Assembly (NCBI GenBank): GCA_965285935.1
Contig: OZ260665.1
Coordinates: 65,658,001 to 65,722,000, forward strand
Direction: 5' to 3'
Length of the DNA stretch: 64,000 nucleotides
Source of the DNA: Ophelia neglecta
Taxonomy: Eukaryota
Of the stretch, positions 14,343-29,924 are shown piece by piece. Numbering within the stretch: the first letter of the stretch is position 1; the number at the start of each line of letters is the position of its first letter. The translations under genes were made by a program, and so were the position numbers. The notes below the pieces were generated by a model that ran no database searches, was not told the origin of the DNA, and saw only the letters and a list, made by a program, of their open reading frames with translations.

Positions 14343-17300
14343 TTTGCCCTCAAATTTCGCCCTCAAGTTTTAACACATGTTTCGAGATGTAAATATTCTG
14401 ATCTCCTAGGGATATTTTTACTGCCTCCCCCCCCCCCAATCCCATATATTTATCAAGGCACCCGCACACCCTACATAGAAGCCTTTTTTGCTAAATCTGT
14501 TCCCTTAATTTGCCCACCCACCTCTATCAGGAGGTATTTATCTCCGATTCCATACACGTTTCGCATTTTAACTGGAATTCTAACTCGGGATCAGTATCAG
14601 TTTACTGCCCTACTCAGACCTTGAAACCGTAAGCGTAGAATTTATCAATAAAAAACAAACCCCTTATAGTTTTATTTTATTTCTATTTTTTGGAAAATGA
14701 AGAAGAGTTATTGGTTATTGTTATAATTAGTAAAGAAGTTTTCGTGAATCCAAAAGGAGACAAGTCAGGCACAATTTATATTGGCTGTTTTGTTCATGTC
14801 GTCCCATACCAACTGAGGTTCATCGCATTATATACCAATTTGTATTCTAAATACAGATGGATGGTTCATATGTAGGACTTCATGACATGATACGGAAACT
14901 TTAAGAGGAAGGACCTTTGAATATGATCACATTGTCATGCGTAGCAGGAGTCGTTCCTATGTTTATGCCACGGCTTAACAAAGCTTGTACTGAGATTCCA
15001 AGGAAGTCTTTCCTTTTTTCAAGCTATTAATCAAATCAAAGTCTTATCAATTGTTGATTACATTTAATTCTTATTGATGAATGTCCTTGGTAGGTGAACT
15101 ATATCTAATGTTTTTGAAGATTATAAAAAGATATAAAAACATATGATAATTGTCCTTTAATATTTTTTTTGGCAAACATTCATATACGCCATCCAGTAGA
15201 TCGGTGATAGATTTTTGCACGGATGCTTGGGTAGAATAGTTCTGTCTGACGCGCCATAAAATAATGATATAAGTGTTTTTCTAGGTTGAAACATTCAACC
15301 CTTTGGAACAGAGAGTATGAATGACCCGGCTAGACTTATTGCTATTACACGTGGGTGTTTTGTGCTGTAATCTGAAAGCCTTAACATGGGGTAGGCTAAA
15401 TGGCATAAGGAACCATAGAGAGTAAGGGTGCAAATTATTAGTGTTCCAGTCATTAAAATCCGGTCTATCCTAGGCCTTGGCTTATGTAGTGAGGCCCCGG
15501 TTCACCCACTTAGTGTTTTAGTAAAGACAACCTACTTACTAAGGAACCCGGAAGAACGAAACACAGAACAGCCAAAATCAACACAAGAGACATTTAGCGA
15601 ATGCTGATATGTTGTACTGAAAATTAATCCAAGTTTTCTATGGTGGAAGGTCAATAATTAGCCAATGGTCTGTGATAGGCGCTGATGGTATCATTTGCCG
15701 AATAAGGGAGGACAAAAAGGCCAAGCAGATCTTTATAAAACAGTTCGTCATGTTAATACCCCCCTTATTTGTAGGAGGTGCTTTGTATTATTGGAGACAA
15801 TGTGCATGAAGCTATTTCCTCAGCGTGCTGCTTTGGAAGATATACTGTCATTTGGCTGGTGATCCAGTCACGATTTCACTGTGATTAAAATAAAGAAACA
15901 TGACACAGTTTCAGCAGGAAGCAGTCTCACATGGACCGCATATAAAATTACCAGTTCAAATTAAAGTAATGTTAGTTCAACAAAGAGAAGAACACCGAAA
16001 ACTTGTAAAATAGAAATTTAGAGTCTTTACCTTGTCGATGTCTTACCAGAGGACAACTAGCTATTATTTATTGGTTTGATTAATTACATATTTTTTACTC
16101 ACAACTTTATGGTGTCCCTCATGTTAGCCTCATTCATGACAAACTGAGTGCCATTATGTCCTGAGATATAATCATGCTATAACAACCATTTTGTTATCGT
16201 TAATTTTCTTTACGTAGAATGATGTATTATATCTAAGGACATGTAATATGTTCTGGGTCTGAATGTCTACTTGATAGGCGCTATCATATCCACGGATCAA
16301 GAGAGTACATGATATTGGCAAAACTGGGTGATTCAGGGACCTTCGAATGATACATACCAATCAACAAACATCAAACCCTAGTTGGCCAAGGTGGAATGAA
16401 TTATAAACCAGACATGGGTGGAGAGTTTTGGCTTATTCTGGGATATCTCCTGATACGCGAATCAGAGCTTTGTGAAATTCAATCCTACAATTTGTTGTCT
16501 GCAACTGTGTTACATAATAGTATTCTCCTTTGCGACAATCCGCTGATCGGAATCTGTCCTGAATTTTTATAAGTTTCTTGGGATGGGCTACATTTAACAA
16601 TGCGATAGCGAAGTAAAACTACATTAGTACCAACAGACATTGTCTCCTTTTTGATATATGGGTAAATTATGCCAACAATAACACGTCTTGTCTCATAAAC
16701 ATTAATCTTGTCTTGAGGCAAAGGCAAACAGCGCGAGTAGGCGTTTTATCCAATTCCATCCTCTCATAAACTTTCGAACCTCTTTCAAAAGAGTGGAATT
16801 CTTATATTTAAAGGAATCAGTTTGAATTAGACTAAAGGCATTGAATTTTCGTTAATCCAAATATGTAAACCATTTTTTTCCAATGACAATAGAATAATAT
16901 ATATATAAACAAAATATGCTCACACATATATTGACTAATCTGTATGTATGCAGCAATTAATAAGTAGAGTGGTTTGTACTTTAACAATTCATATATGCAT
17001 CATACTAAAACACATTGATTGATAAAGAAAAAGAAAATACACCGTGCTCGGAAGCACACATCATAAGCATTGTACACAATGGATTTAAACAGGTAATATC
17101 ATATTATCGACTCTTATAAAATGAGACTATAGAGTGCTTGGGCGGTACGTCCTTGGAAGAATCAATTAATTTAGGTTAGAAAGCATTACGAAAAGATGTC
17201 CATTTTCTACGTTGGTTTTTAGATATATGGGTAGGTAGGTTTCTCGTCTATTTGGAAAATATCATTTCTAAAAGAATCTCTACTGTCGCTTCGACTTATT

Positions 17301-20300
17301 ATAATTTTACTTTTGAAGCGCCTCCCCTGCAGCAACTTCAAAATAGAGTAGATACATTACTCACCTCAAAGAATGTTCATATCTCTTCATATGTAAATGA
17401 AAATAACCTGCATTAATATGGAATGCAGCTTTAAGCTAGGTTATGAATTTCATTATAGATAACTTCCATATGATGAGATGATAAGTAATGTAATTTGTTT
17501 ACGAAGAGATCACCACAGCTCAAATGTTGCTTCATCATTCGCCTAGTCTACCGAGTGCACTATGTCCGTCTGCGTTTCCCATCCCTAGAGCGCAGATTGC
17601 GGCTATAATCGATCACAGCTTACAGCGTGCAACAAACCAATGTTTACCATCTTAGCAAATTTAATGTACAAGGGAGAAAGATTAAAGCGTTTTATCAGAA
17701 TACCACCTATTTTTCTTAATATTGTATCAAGTCAATCTTTTGGAGCTAGACAAACAAGCTAACACCATAATAACATAAGGACAAAGGTCCTGGTCCATAA
17801 CAACTTTTCAAAATTTATTATTGCCTATATATTTAAATGGAGTGCCGTTTTCACTGTAGCCTGACACTGCACCAGTTGATTAACATCACCGGAGGTCACG
17901 CCTGATATTTTTAATATAGCAAGCTAAAAAACTCAAAAGTTTACCTTGCTCCTCCGACATTCTCGATCTGAACTTTCATTTTGCGAATTTCCCCCAGGCA
18001 TGTCGGCGCGTGCAGTGAAACAAGGATAAGCTTTTACCTGAAGAACCCTTTAGCAACAAAGGAAAAGCTGTGCCACTGTTGTATGTAAGTGCTTTTATTT
18101 TGCACGTACTGTAAAATGTCCAACCCAAGTTTTCATGCAAGTCCGTCATAAACTTGTCCAGAAGGATAACTCGCTTGTTACTTGCTATAAATTCTGGTAT
18201 AAGTTGTAAATAAGAACTCACGGTTATTTATTAAAATATATCACTTTCTCTTGCTTTCAGCTTATCGGTATGAGTTACATTATATGCACATTTAAGCATT
18301 TTCACAGCATCACCATGTTTATCGATCGTCAGGGGAAATAAGAAATCACCAGTCTGTGTATAGACCTTTATTTGTGGGACAGTGGGTGGTGGTTGCTAAG
18401 TGAAGTTCATTTGAAACCTTGATTCCATTGGCCCTGCTGATTCAGCTCGGCTATAATCGAGCTAACAGTGCCGCTGATCCTCCGCTCTAGAAACGCCCTC
18501 GAGCAAATCTCAAACAGTTGGGAACATTTTCTTGGTGGCCTGAGGCATAGCATAGACCGAGGGTAAATACGTCATGGACATTGAGGTCCTCATGCCAGTC
18601 GTTCGTGTATGAAGTGAAGATAAGCATAGTTCATCCTCACTGCATTACATCCGTTGATCCCGTGGTTATTATTTGATAAAAACAACGCATTTCTCCTCTA
18701 TTTTATAAAAGTCTCAGTCATGTTTCCCAAAGTTGTTCAGGATATTGAGGCATAGCACATAGGACCCTTGTGCAAGACCTGATAGCGTTGTAATCTTCAA
18801 TTTGGAAGCGTAACCTACCCCATTGCAATAAGTAAAGAGTGTATTGTTAAATGTCACATCCAATTTTTAGCCATGAAATTCCTTTTATTGCCAGCGCAAT
18901 TGCAGTTATCCATATAGTAGTCATGAACACAGTTATACTTTAACAATATAATTTGGTCAAAAAAATCTGTTGAGTAATCGAAGTTCTTCTCAGCGCTATA
19001 AGTGTGATCATTATGTAGGCAGCAAAAAGGTGTGCATCCTACTGACAATCAATTAGTTATATAAATTTAAATAAAATAAATTTACAAAGTTATACAAAAA
19101 CAATTGAAAGGATTGAGCAGTTTGCCAAATTCATGCACTAAAATGGGCTTGAAATCGAAAAGAAATTTAAATAAGAAAAAATTCAAAAAAGTGTTCTTTT
19201 TCTCTCGCATTCACTAAACCAAACATTTTCTACGATTACAGAACAAATGGGAAATCATATTTTGAGTAAAATATATGGAGAATGAAACACCTCCAGTTTA
19301 ATTTTATTCCGTGGCATATATATATTGCCGGATCGTAAATCTAACATCAAGCATTGTTTTATGTTAATTCATTTTAGAATCGTATACACCCATTATTCCT
19401 TCCTCTCAATCTTGGTTTACAACATTGGACTTTGAACTACTGTTGAATGTCAGCAAGTATGTTGACTAAGGACTATCCTGAAGTGTTTAATTAGCAGAAG
19501 GATGATATGGGAAATAATCATTTTGACTTTATCTATGATTAGTCACAAACCAAATCGACTGTGGCCGTGTTAAAAGACGACCAGTTTACGGCCATTTATG
19601 CTTACATTCTCTTGTCAATCAAACTTATTCCCTATATCAATACGCCGTGGGCTGTATCAGTCCGCCGTGAGCTGAGCCTGTAGGTAATGAGAAATGAAGT
19701 ATTCTTTTATCACTCATCATCATCAAATATGAGCATAGATGATTAATGAAAAATGCCTCCTTTCTTGGGAAGTTGTTTGACTTATGTTTCTTTCTACGAA
19801 GGTCTGAGAACCCGAAGACCATCTTGTTCTTGATAAAACGGTAACAATCGTCTTGATATGGCACATAATTTCAAAATCTACCAGTTAAATGTGTGCAATG
19901 GTTGCAAAAGCAACCGAACTGTAGAAATATCGAAGACAACGCTTCATCAAAAAGCTCCGAATGTGTACAGCTGCTTCATCATTAAATCTGAATCTAAACG
20001 CATTATTCGTTATGCAAATGACGATGCGTTTCCCGATATGCTTTAAAGGTGTTTCATTCACTTGTTTTGCATAACGAAACATCTAGCTACATATATACGA
20101 CATAGTTTAAAAGAGGCTAATACGCAGGGCTTTCGTATCACTTGCGAAGGCTAGCCTTTCCTTTTTTTGTTGGTTCTCCAAGTAGTTTAATTTGCTTTCT
20201 TACATCATCCTTCCATCTTCAGGTAAAAATCAGTGTGCTTTAGTAATGTCCTCAATGGGGTTTTTTGAGGGTCTACCACATGTATGTATTTCAGCCAAAC

Positions 20301-23300
20301 ATGGTTTGATTTCTTTAATAAAAATCGCAATCGTAATCTCAACTAGCCTACATTCACTATAGTAAAAATGTGTATCCGAGCATAAGTCAAAAAATATTTT
20401 TTATAACCACAAATTACCAAGTTGCTGGTCGTTTTGATGATGCATGGTGTCTCACAGACCACACGACCGAGGAAGGACAACTAGAACTCATTAAACGTTA
20501 TCAGTACCCAAGGTGATAGGTCCTGATGATAAGACAATGTTTCTGTAAGTCAGAACGATGAATGGTGTGGCACACGTGATAATCCTCTTTCTTTTTAGCT
20601 TTCTTATAAACGGCTGAATGAAGTAAAGACAAGTGTGATGTCAGCTCAGCAGAATAGTACTAAACCGTGCGTGGTGTCACTGAGGGATGGCGTAATTCCA
20701 ATGGAGTGCTCTATTTTGCTCCACAAATGCCACTCGCCCATTTAGATGACGAAGATCAATGATTACTTATTTGGCCTTTCTAGAATGATTCTCGGGGAGT
20801 TATCTAGCAAAGGACATTCGTTGCAATTGCTGCTCATCTACAGTCATTGCAATTCATAACCTGAGCATTGCTCTTCGCTTTTGGTGCGAGTTATTTTTTT
20901 CCGATAAAAAAACCCTACCGATAAGGATACAGTCATAATTTAGAAAAACACTCTGTATTAAAATCGAAAAGCAATCCTAGAAGCAGTTCTCCAAACAACT
21001 ATTGCGTCAGAAGTAATACGATGTCACAAATTCGCAAAGTTGGACATATGGCGTTTAAAGATTAATAACACCTACACGTATACATTTCACTACTTCAAAT
21101 CATTATTCTATGTGCATCATTTTGCCTGGCTGTATCAATTGTAAGCTACTTCTATACATTGATGGAAGAGAAATATCAAATCAAATTATTCAGTTCTTTA
21201 TGATCTACAGTATTTAAATATCATAAGTCTTAGGCGAGTAACAATTATTCTGTATAAATAAGTAGCTTCATGGATATGTGAAATGATATTTTTGTAGTTC
21301 CAACGATAATGATGAATGTTTATTTGCATAAAAATATTGAATCATTTATTGCTTGCTTGCGCGAAAAGAAAGATACGTTAAGAAATTGAAAAATACGTCG
21401 GAGGATGGTTATGTAAATGTATTTGGACCATAACTTTATGTAGAAACTCCTTTCAACAAATACAATCCCCCAGGAAATGCTATTTCCAAGAAAAAAGAGA
21501 AAAATATAATGGGAAGGAAGGATGATCAGCACGTTCTTCTATCTGCATAACACAAACCCATGCTGCATACAAAGTAGGACATATAACAACAAATTGAGGG
21601 AATGCCTCACCCAGCTTAAGACACTGGTGATCAAGAACCGAGGTGCAAAGGTTAAATAAGTTGGCCGTAAGTTTTTCCTAATGCTTGTGTCTTCTCAAAT
21701 TTCAATCAACTACTTATATTCGAGTATTCGACGTACCCTAATATATGCATATTTTGATCAGCGGGGGATCGCTTACCAAAGATGAAAATATTATAGATAG
21801 AGTTTTATTCACTACCCCTTATCTAGGGTGTAAGTGTCATGGCATATATGTACATCGAAGTAAATCAAATCAATTATATATTATCACCATAACTATTTAT
21901 TAGCATGAAAAAGTCTTTTCTGAGTGCTGAATTTAGTTTAAAATTCGTCCAGGGACTCTGATTTACAGTTGTTTACACATTTGAAACGATATTTGGCTAT
22001 TTCGCCATGCAGAAGTTTTCGGTTCTACCTAACCTCCAAAGCTCTTGCTCTTTACCCTGGGAAGTTATAGCACTACATAGCTGAATGCTTTGTTTATTCC
22101 TCACATAGCCCTGAATGTATTCCGAAATTGCTTTTTTGTTACATTGAATACCACAGATAGTACTTTTACTTTACTTAACAGCTTTCCGTTCGTGGTAAGA
22201 TTCATGCCACAAACCAAAGAGGTAAATACAGGACGAAGATGAATGAGGCCTCAGAATGGTCTGCCATGTATTAAACGCTTTTATATATGTTGGCCACAGA
22301 TTAAATCATTTCCCTAAACACATGGCTAATGAAGCATGTAAATATTTAAATCAAGCTTGTAGTATCTTGTAGATTAATATCGTATCTGCTGGCATCATGA
22401 ACATTGTATCAGAGATATTTTCCTGTCACATTCATTTAACTTCAAAAGTTAAATGAATTTGCAACATGATAAATTTGCAATGTTTTTGTTGTGTTATGAC
22501 ACCATTCAACTCAAAATTCTAACAATTGGCAAAAATTAACATGATTGCATGACAGATATTGCATCCATAAGGTTTGGTATGATGTCGGACAGGCTTACTC
22601 TATATAAATGTCACTGGCCTTCAACAATCTAGCACAACTCAAACAACATAATAAACCTGGTAGGACCACCCGAACCGTTGACAAATGTATATAGGATAGT
22701 GTATCAGTAAAGCAAAATTTGGATACTTAATTCGGAAAAAGGATATTGCGAGTATGGTTACAACGGTGACATTTGTGTTGTGAAAGATGCAAAAGTTATG
22801 ATATGCCTGATGTTGAGTGTAACTGGACTAGGACATTTTCGCCACGTGTATTTGTAGCCAGGAGATCGTTCGCAGGACATAAGAAGCCATGGAGCCATAT
22901 AAACATGCAATAGGCTGTTTTTTATTATTTGATTTCCCACATTAAAATCTTGAAAGGATTTCTTAAGGCACTGCTGAAATAAGCTTACATGTGCGCAAAA
23001 AAAAAATACAAATTTTCTTTTTGCTGAACTCAGATTAAGATATGTCGAATGCCATAGAAAGGTATTATGTATAAAAATATTTACCTTAATCATATACACT
23101 TAAGTCCCCTTCGACAATTGTTGTAAAATTTGCCAACATAGGTAACCAATTTGAACGCTTGTGGGTTGAAGCAACATAGAGTTTACCCAAGAATTACCTG
23201 TGGATGGAAACCTCCCGTGTTAGGAGGAAAACTGCAACACGAGAGTATATTGCAATGCTTAACAAAATGGTGCATTTTGCTTATATATACATATAATATT

Positions 23301-26300
23301 GCCCAGTAAATCTAGTAAGGCGTTTCACAACATAGATGATCATTGATGGGTAAAAGTCACATATAGTCCAGAATGCTGCAGATATACAGATTACAAAGTT
23401 CGAAAGCATATGATATCAAAAGAATAATTCAATCCCTTAAAATGGACAAGTTCCGTTGGATTTTCTCATAAAAGGAAAATATATCGACAGTATGAATTAT
23501 CAAAAGAGTAAGGTACATTAGCTTAGTCATGATTCGCACGAGTTTTGATGGTGACAATAAAGAAATATATTCAGCAAGCCAAAATGACTATCAGACGTGC
23601 TCAAATTTGGCCAAGAATTTCCGTCAGTAAACCTACTACATGTACTTGGTAAGTGTCTTATAGACCATCTTATTTGATTTTGAACAAGCCGCTTGTATAA
23701 GGTAAAGCACAGCTATTTCGTATTCGGTATCTAATCAATCTTGTTTTGGCCTCCGCATGAGCGATTGAGCGATTCGCGGTGAGAACGAGAGATGGCATTT
23801 TAACTGTGTTCAAATGATCTGAACCATATAGAACAGTTTCTTACTATTAAGTCTTGTATCGCTCGATGCTTAAAACAAAACTGCGTAATGGGGCCTTTTT
23901 TTGTAACGAATTACACGACTCATTGTTCACGTAAGTTAATGGTATTCTTTTAAATAGATATTCAACCGCTCTTAAGACACATAGACAATCAATTTCTTAA
24001 ACCCTTAAGGCACAGTGTCGATTTCTGTTACCTTATCACGAGATCCAATGGAATGATGGAACATCATACGAAAGTTGCAAAAATATGCAAAACCTCAGAC
24101 ACGCATCTTTCCTTCACAAAAATATATAGAAGGGTATGACCGAACCTACGAGACCAACTTATTTTTCCGAAAATCTTTAATCATCGCCGACCCCCCCCCC
24201 CCCGCGCCTTTTCCTTGAGGTGCTGCCCGTCAACAATCATTGTAAGAAAGTATGCACTGTAACAGTCGAGTTAAACCTTTGCCCTCTGTTAAACAAGTCT
24301 GATAATGTTTTTTTCTGTATTAGGAGTGGGAACCATAATCTGTACCTTGATATCTCATAAAGGTTCAATTTGATTACGTCTATCATTATATTATAAATTG
24401 CGTAATTGCGTATCCAAACTCGGTGAATATAAAGTACTATGCCAAATCGAAGCTCTTACAGAGAGTCTCCGGAAATCTAATCTTTTCGAATATTTTTTCG
24501 ATTTGGGTCTTAATCATTCGTCGAGCATTCATATCTGAATCTGACTGGATTTTTCAAATGTTTAACTGAAAGAAAGTGGGATCGCGAGTTCTGAAGACAA
24601 GCCTGCCACATTCCTGCTTCAAGCACCAAAAATAATATAATAAACTTAATCTATGAGGTTTTGGATACAAAATAATAAATTAATTTTGGTTATCATCTGA
24701 AAATGCCAGTTGATGCATATGAGTGGGAAGTAGTGTTTGAAAGTTAATTGTTACAAGAAAGCTATAATCTACAAACGTTCTGCAAATGGGTTGGAAAACG
24801 ACACATAGTAGGTTGAACTACTTTTATATTCAAGGGCCACACCAGTCGGTGCCAATTAATCAAAATGGAGGATTCTGGCCCATTAGCAGAATAATTATGT
24901 AATCATTTAGAATCATAACTATTACATCATTTAATTTAAAACAATTGACTGAAACACTTGCAATGCATAAATGGCTTGAAATAGTTGGCCAATCTTGAAG
25001 CTTTGATTTGATAACAAATAACTAAATAGTAGCAAGTTAATATTGTTGTTTCACAGACTTAAGTTCAACCTTATCTGGTTCAATTGTAAGGCATCAATGT
25101 GGTTCAGCGTCAATGGAGAACAAGTTCCTATTATTTCCAGGAAGAAAATATCAAACCGACTGTGTATAGCGCTAATATTTATTCGAAAATGTGCTCCCCC
25201 ATTTCTCTTGTGGGTACGTAGCCACATGTTTTTGTATATTTTCATACATACATGGCTCGTGTGTTGATGAAGACGTGGATGTCAGGGGCGCAATTTGTCG
25301 ACCTTGCACTGTGCATACCAAAGCATCACAGGGTGCGAGTAATCTTGTTAAGTTTCTCTTGGAGCACCGCGGATTGATCCGGTAGGCCTTTAATGCAGCA
25401 CGTGCACTATTTGATCTCAGACACATTCGTTTTATTTTGCAAAAGCTTTAAAAATATTCTGTACCTACTTCACAACTCAAACGCGCGCCATCGAACTCAC
25501 CGAACCAAATGATAAGAGGACAGTGTGGAGAGACATGACGGGTGTGTGAACTCACGGCTGTTAGTCAAAAGGAAAGAGATAAATTGGCAAAATTGACTTT
25601 TAAGAACGTATCCATCAAATAGGTACAAATCCATAAAAAGTCATTTTCAGACTCAAATATCTGTCCTTGGCCCCATAACTGCAAAAAACTAGATTTGCTC
25701 GAAAGTACCTAGACATTACTTTCCAACATATAAAGCAGTTTCTATCTAAGGAGCGTTTTTCTCATAGTATGTTGTACCATTTTACCAGGTATGAAACACG
25801 ACAAAGTTTATAGAAATCATGACATTCTAATCGATTCACAAAGGCCAAAAAGATGCATCAACAGACCAAATATTATTTGCGATAAACTGCTTCATTAGAC
25901 AATTCATAAATATAACTCCAAGCAGTATAGACTTCTTTCGCCGCTGGCTTATTTCATCCAAACATTAAAATGCCTTAAACATGTATAAAGTACACCGAAG
26001 TTGTAACACTACATAAGTCAAGTTAATGCTAGCCAACAAGTAAATACATTAACTGAACTCTTTATGAGGCATTAGTTGGCAGTTTGTGCCAAGAAAGGGC
26101 CTCTACCTGTTTCATTAACATACGAGTAGCACCCATACCTTATGACTTGCTGGGAATCCTCACGAAAAGCCGCCGGATCCATCTAAAAGCAAACACCTAG
26201 TTCGAAGGCAACATTTGCTTTCAGGCACAACCAGTTGGGAAGAGTAACGCTGCGTCCTGCCCATCAACGGTCTTTATCATGCCTGACTGCGGGGTACTGC

Positions 26301-28639
26301 CGCAGCAATGGCAGGAGGATTGGCTGCGCTGGCTGGAGGCGCTCCATTTTTTGTCGCCCTAGACCATGCACAAGGGTACCATTAAAAAATAACGAATACA
26401 TTAAACCACCTTGGTCTGGCAACAAATATTGGTAAGCAGACGCTAATGTGTTACTTTTTTATATTATTTTTTTCTGGTTGGCATGCTACTCTATACAGAG
26501 TCTAGATGCTACCTGGATTTTTTGGCGGTGTCTCTTCAAAAAATAGGCCTTGGTTTCATATCAATCAGTAATCGGTCCTTTTGTGATAGGAGTGTGTCAT
26601 GGTTTAAGAACCTAACACATTGATACATCACTTTTCCGGCTTTAATAAATCTCATATGCTGCCTATTCCCACGGGGGAAATGAAATATGTTGCTAGATTT
26701 TTCTATGGGGTCGACATCTGTCATGGGAAATTGGCAAAAATGAGGTCTTTCCTCTAAATGAATAACTTATTGACCATACAGATCTTCACATTATCCCAAA
26801 GATTTTCGGTAAAAACTCAAGATGGCATGTCAGTCAGGAATTTGGGGTATTATGCTATATGTTTGCAACAAAAAGTCATGGAGACTGTTTCTCTGACAAC
26901 AAATTGTTATAACCTTGTATAGCGAAATGGAAAACTGACTTCTTTTTCGCTGTCTTCTCGAGTCATTACTAAATAACGTATATAAAGGAATATGCAATTC
27001 CACCTTTTTTTGGAGAAAACTGTTGGTCACTTAATTCAATCTTGTACGTTTGCCATATTGCATATCACTAAAACTTAAATTGATATTAAACTATTGTGTT
27101 TAATTCACTGTTATAGTAGAAAAGCAGTATCATTTGAAGTTTCAACGCATTAGTTTCTTTGATAAAAATTCCCTATTTGTAATTTGACCAGGGGACTAAT
27201 AGGTGATGGCCACAGCATCAAAGGCGCTTTTCCATCTTAAAACACCTACTTGATGTGAAGTTCACTGCCACAGGGTCTTCAACAATCGTGATGATAACTT
27301 TTAATGGATAATTATTGACAAAATACAAGGATATGCCCATTTCAGTTGTCTTTATCGAGGGAAAAAACTAAGTGGGTCATTATTAGGTTAATTCATACAA
27401 GCCGCTCATCTCATTTTGTGGTTATTACGGTTGTGAAGGGAGGATGAAAGTCAGATAGTCTCCCGAGAATACAATAGCAATGTTTTCCACATAAAGCCAA
27501 CACCCACCAAATATCATTTGCCCTCTCGATATTTCACGATAATTAAAATGACAAACATAGCTCGTTCAGGTTATATATCAGTGCAACTGCCTCATTCTGT
27601 AATGCCTAGTATAAAAACGAGAAAATAGTCTTGCAGTGATCATCTACCAGCATGTAGTCTCTGAAAAGCGGAAAAAATTCCGACAACAGTCTATGGTATT
27701 GATTTGACCTCAAGGGGTTATTCGATTATACGAATAAATGTATGGCTTAAATTATGTTAAATGGTTGATTGATTTTGGTTCCATATAAGTTTTAATTGAG
27801 CTTGGTTCTAATTCGACACAGTAAAGATTCCTCACAAAGAATGTTGTCTAAATGAGCAGCAAAAGCGCCACATTAGAGACTGTTTTATAATAGATAGTCT
27901 TGAAAATTAATTTTATAAACACAATGATCCCGAGCGTATTGCTGGATAAATGTGGACTGATAGGTTATCGGACATTGTGTCAGGACCATTCCGCCACCGA
28001 CAAAAATTAAATAGACGGACAAACTATTTGTAGAGTTTTGTCCTATTTACAGATTTTTTTCTCCTTAAGCGTCATATATGACGGCTATAGAGAATTGACC
28101 GGAAGCAAATAATCAATTATGTGATTTTTAATTGTAATTGCTTTAATTATTATGACATCTATCGAGAATAACATTCGCAATGAACCTATTTATTTTATGA
28201 TCAATTTGTTGCATTATTTGTTTCAATAACAACATGTACATACATGTACGTTAACACTATGCTAGAGAAATATGTGTTTCTTGCAAATGTGCCAAGCGAT
28301 GAATTGTTTTCATAATTGCTCTTATTATTGTTTCCTAACACTCTAAATAAACATTTTGTATGTTTTATAATATGTTACTGTACTATGGACCGATGCTCTT
28401 AAAGTCTTTGGACTTACTATTTGCATTGTTAAAAGCCTTCTTTCCGTCGACAGAAGAAAAGTTTAAATCCCAATTGGGTTTCCTTTCAACAAAATTGCAC
28501 AAGCAACCACTTTTTGGAAGAAACGGTTGAAAAAAAAATTTATCAGCCGTCCTTGATCATCATTAGTCAAAAGCTTTCTATCGTACTGGGTTTACCCCTA
28601 TTATCTCCCCACCCAACACACTAGTTCTAACTGTATAAA

Positions 28640-29872
28640 TTTTCATAGATAAGATAGATAGATGACAGATAGCTACAGGTAAAAGGGAAACATTAGCTAG
28701 GGGCCATTTGATGAATGGATGAAAACAATATACTTGAGTATGAGTATTATGAAATAAATATATTGATATATGAAAAATAAAAAAGATAACCCTGAAAAGA
28801 AGCTGCATCTTTTAAAAATTTAAACATATACTGTACCACTAAGAACGATGACCCAAGACCCGCAGAGTTTTGTAATGTGTAACACTTGTTCCACACGCTG
28901 CATGCTTTGTATGAATAGCTGTTGAGCACATGTTTGGTAGCTTTGTAACTGTTACTTAATCTCATTGTTTTTACACAATGTATGTAGGCCTTCGTTTAAC
29001 TATCAACGATATCATGACTTGTGGATTCAAGTCATTCATTGTTCACCCCGTGAGCAGATATTTTGCACTTGTTCGGTGAAATTGAGGTTACTGCAAAAGT
29101 GTACACCTAGCAGATCAACACCAGTACAGGTTTAGCTGGATATCATTGAAATGAAGTGAGTAACCACAAGAGGTTTGACTACCAAACATAACATATTGAA
29201 ATCTGTCCGTGTTTGCTTTCATGGAAATGGCTTTGAACAAGTCTTTGGTCACGCTTGCCTTCTGTTTAACAGTTTGGGCCACCATGGATGTCCTTAAAAA
29301 CTGTGATGACATTGCTATCAGCATAATTGGAGAGTGTGGATGTTTTCATGACGAGAAGAAGACAATTCATGAATAGAAATTGAAAAGAACTGGCCGCAGT
29401 ATTGAGCCTTGTGAGACAAACAATAGTGAATGCTGCTCCTCTTCAAGGAAACCCTAAACTGTTTCCTGCCGTTTCCGAAGATAGCTCTCCGTGTAAGTTA
29501 AGGTTTATTTCTCTATGCCATAAGCGTCAAGCTTTTCCAAGAGCAGGTCATGGGGTATGCATTCGTAAGCTTTCGAGATGATTATAAGGAGGGTACCTGT
29601 GGCTCTGCCTTTGTCCAGTACTCTCTCGTCCATGTCTCTAGGGCACGTTAAGTACGTGCTTTGTGCTGTAGCACTTTGTGAAAATAGCCGCTTGGTGGGA
29701 AATGACTTCATTTGGCCCAAACATCCTTTTCGTACACTTTCAAGAGATATGAGATGAAACAGACAGGACGGTCATTATTATTCTCTCCATTTGATGTTTT
29801 CTTTCCTTGAAAATATATTGATAACATCAGATTTGTCTGGTTCCGGCATAGTTGAAGTGTTTATGCCGGTAT
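28640..29872 (-). mobile_element. Decayed, 5'-truncated non-LTR retrotransposon (CR1/L2-group LINE ORF2 reverse transcriptase remnant)
   Basis: Frameshifted minus-strand motifs occur in canonical RT order: NNDRPV (NYRPVS), KVYEK, IISKAYECIPHDLLLEKLDAYG (DLSKAFDCxxHxxLxxKLxxYG), VSQGSILRPVLFN (PQGSILGP), NYADSN (YADD), SMKANTDRFQY, NSYSYKACSVWN. A possible short (TATC)-like tail lies near 28645-28670. Multiple stops and frameshifts. Confidence 0.85.
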
Positions 29873-29924
29873 ATGAGATTATTTGGTATCCCGCCTGTTA
29901 AACCCGGCCCCTGACTCTAATGCC

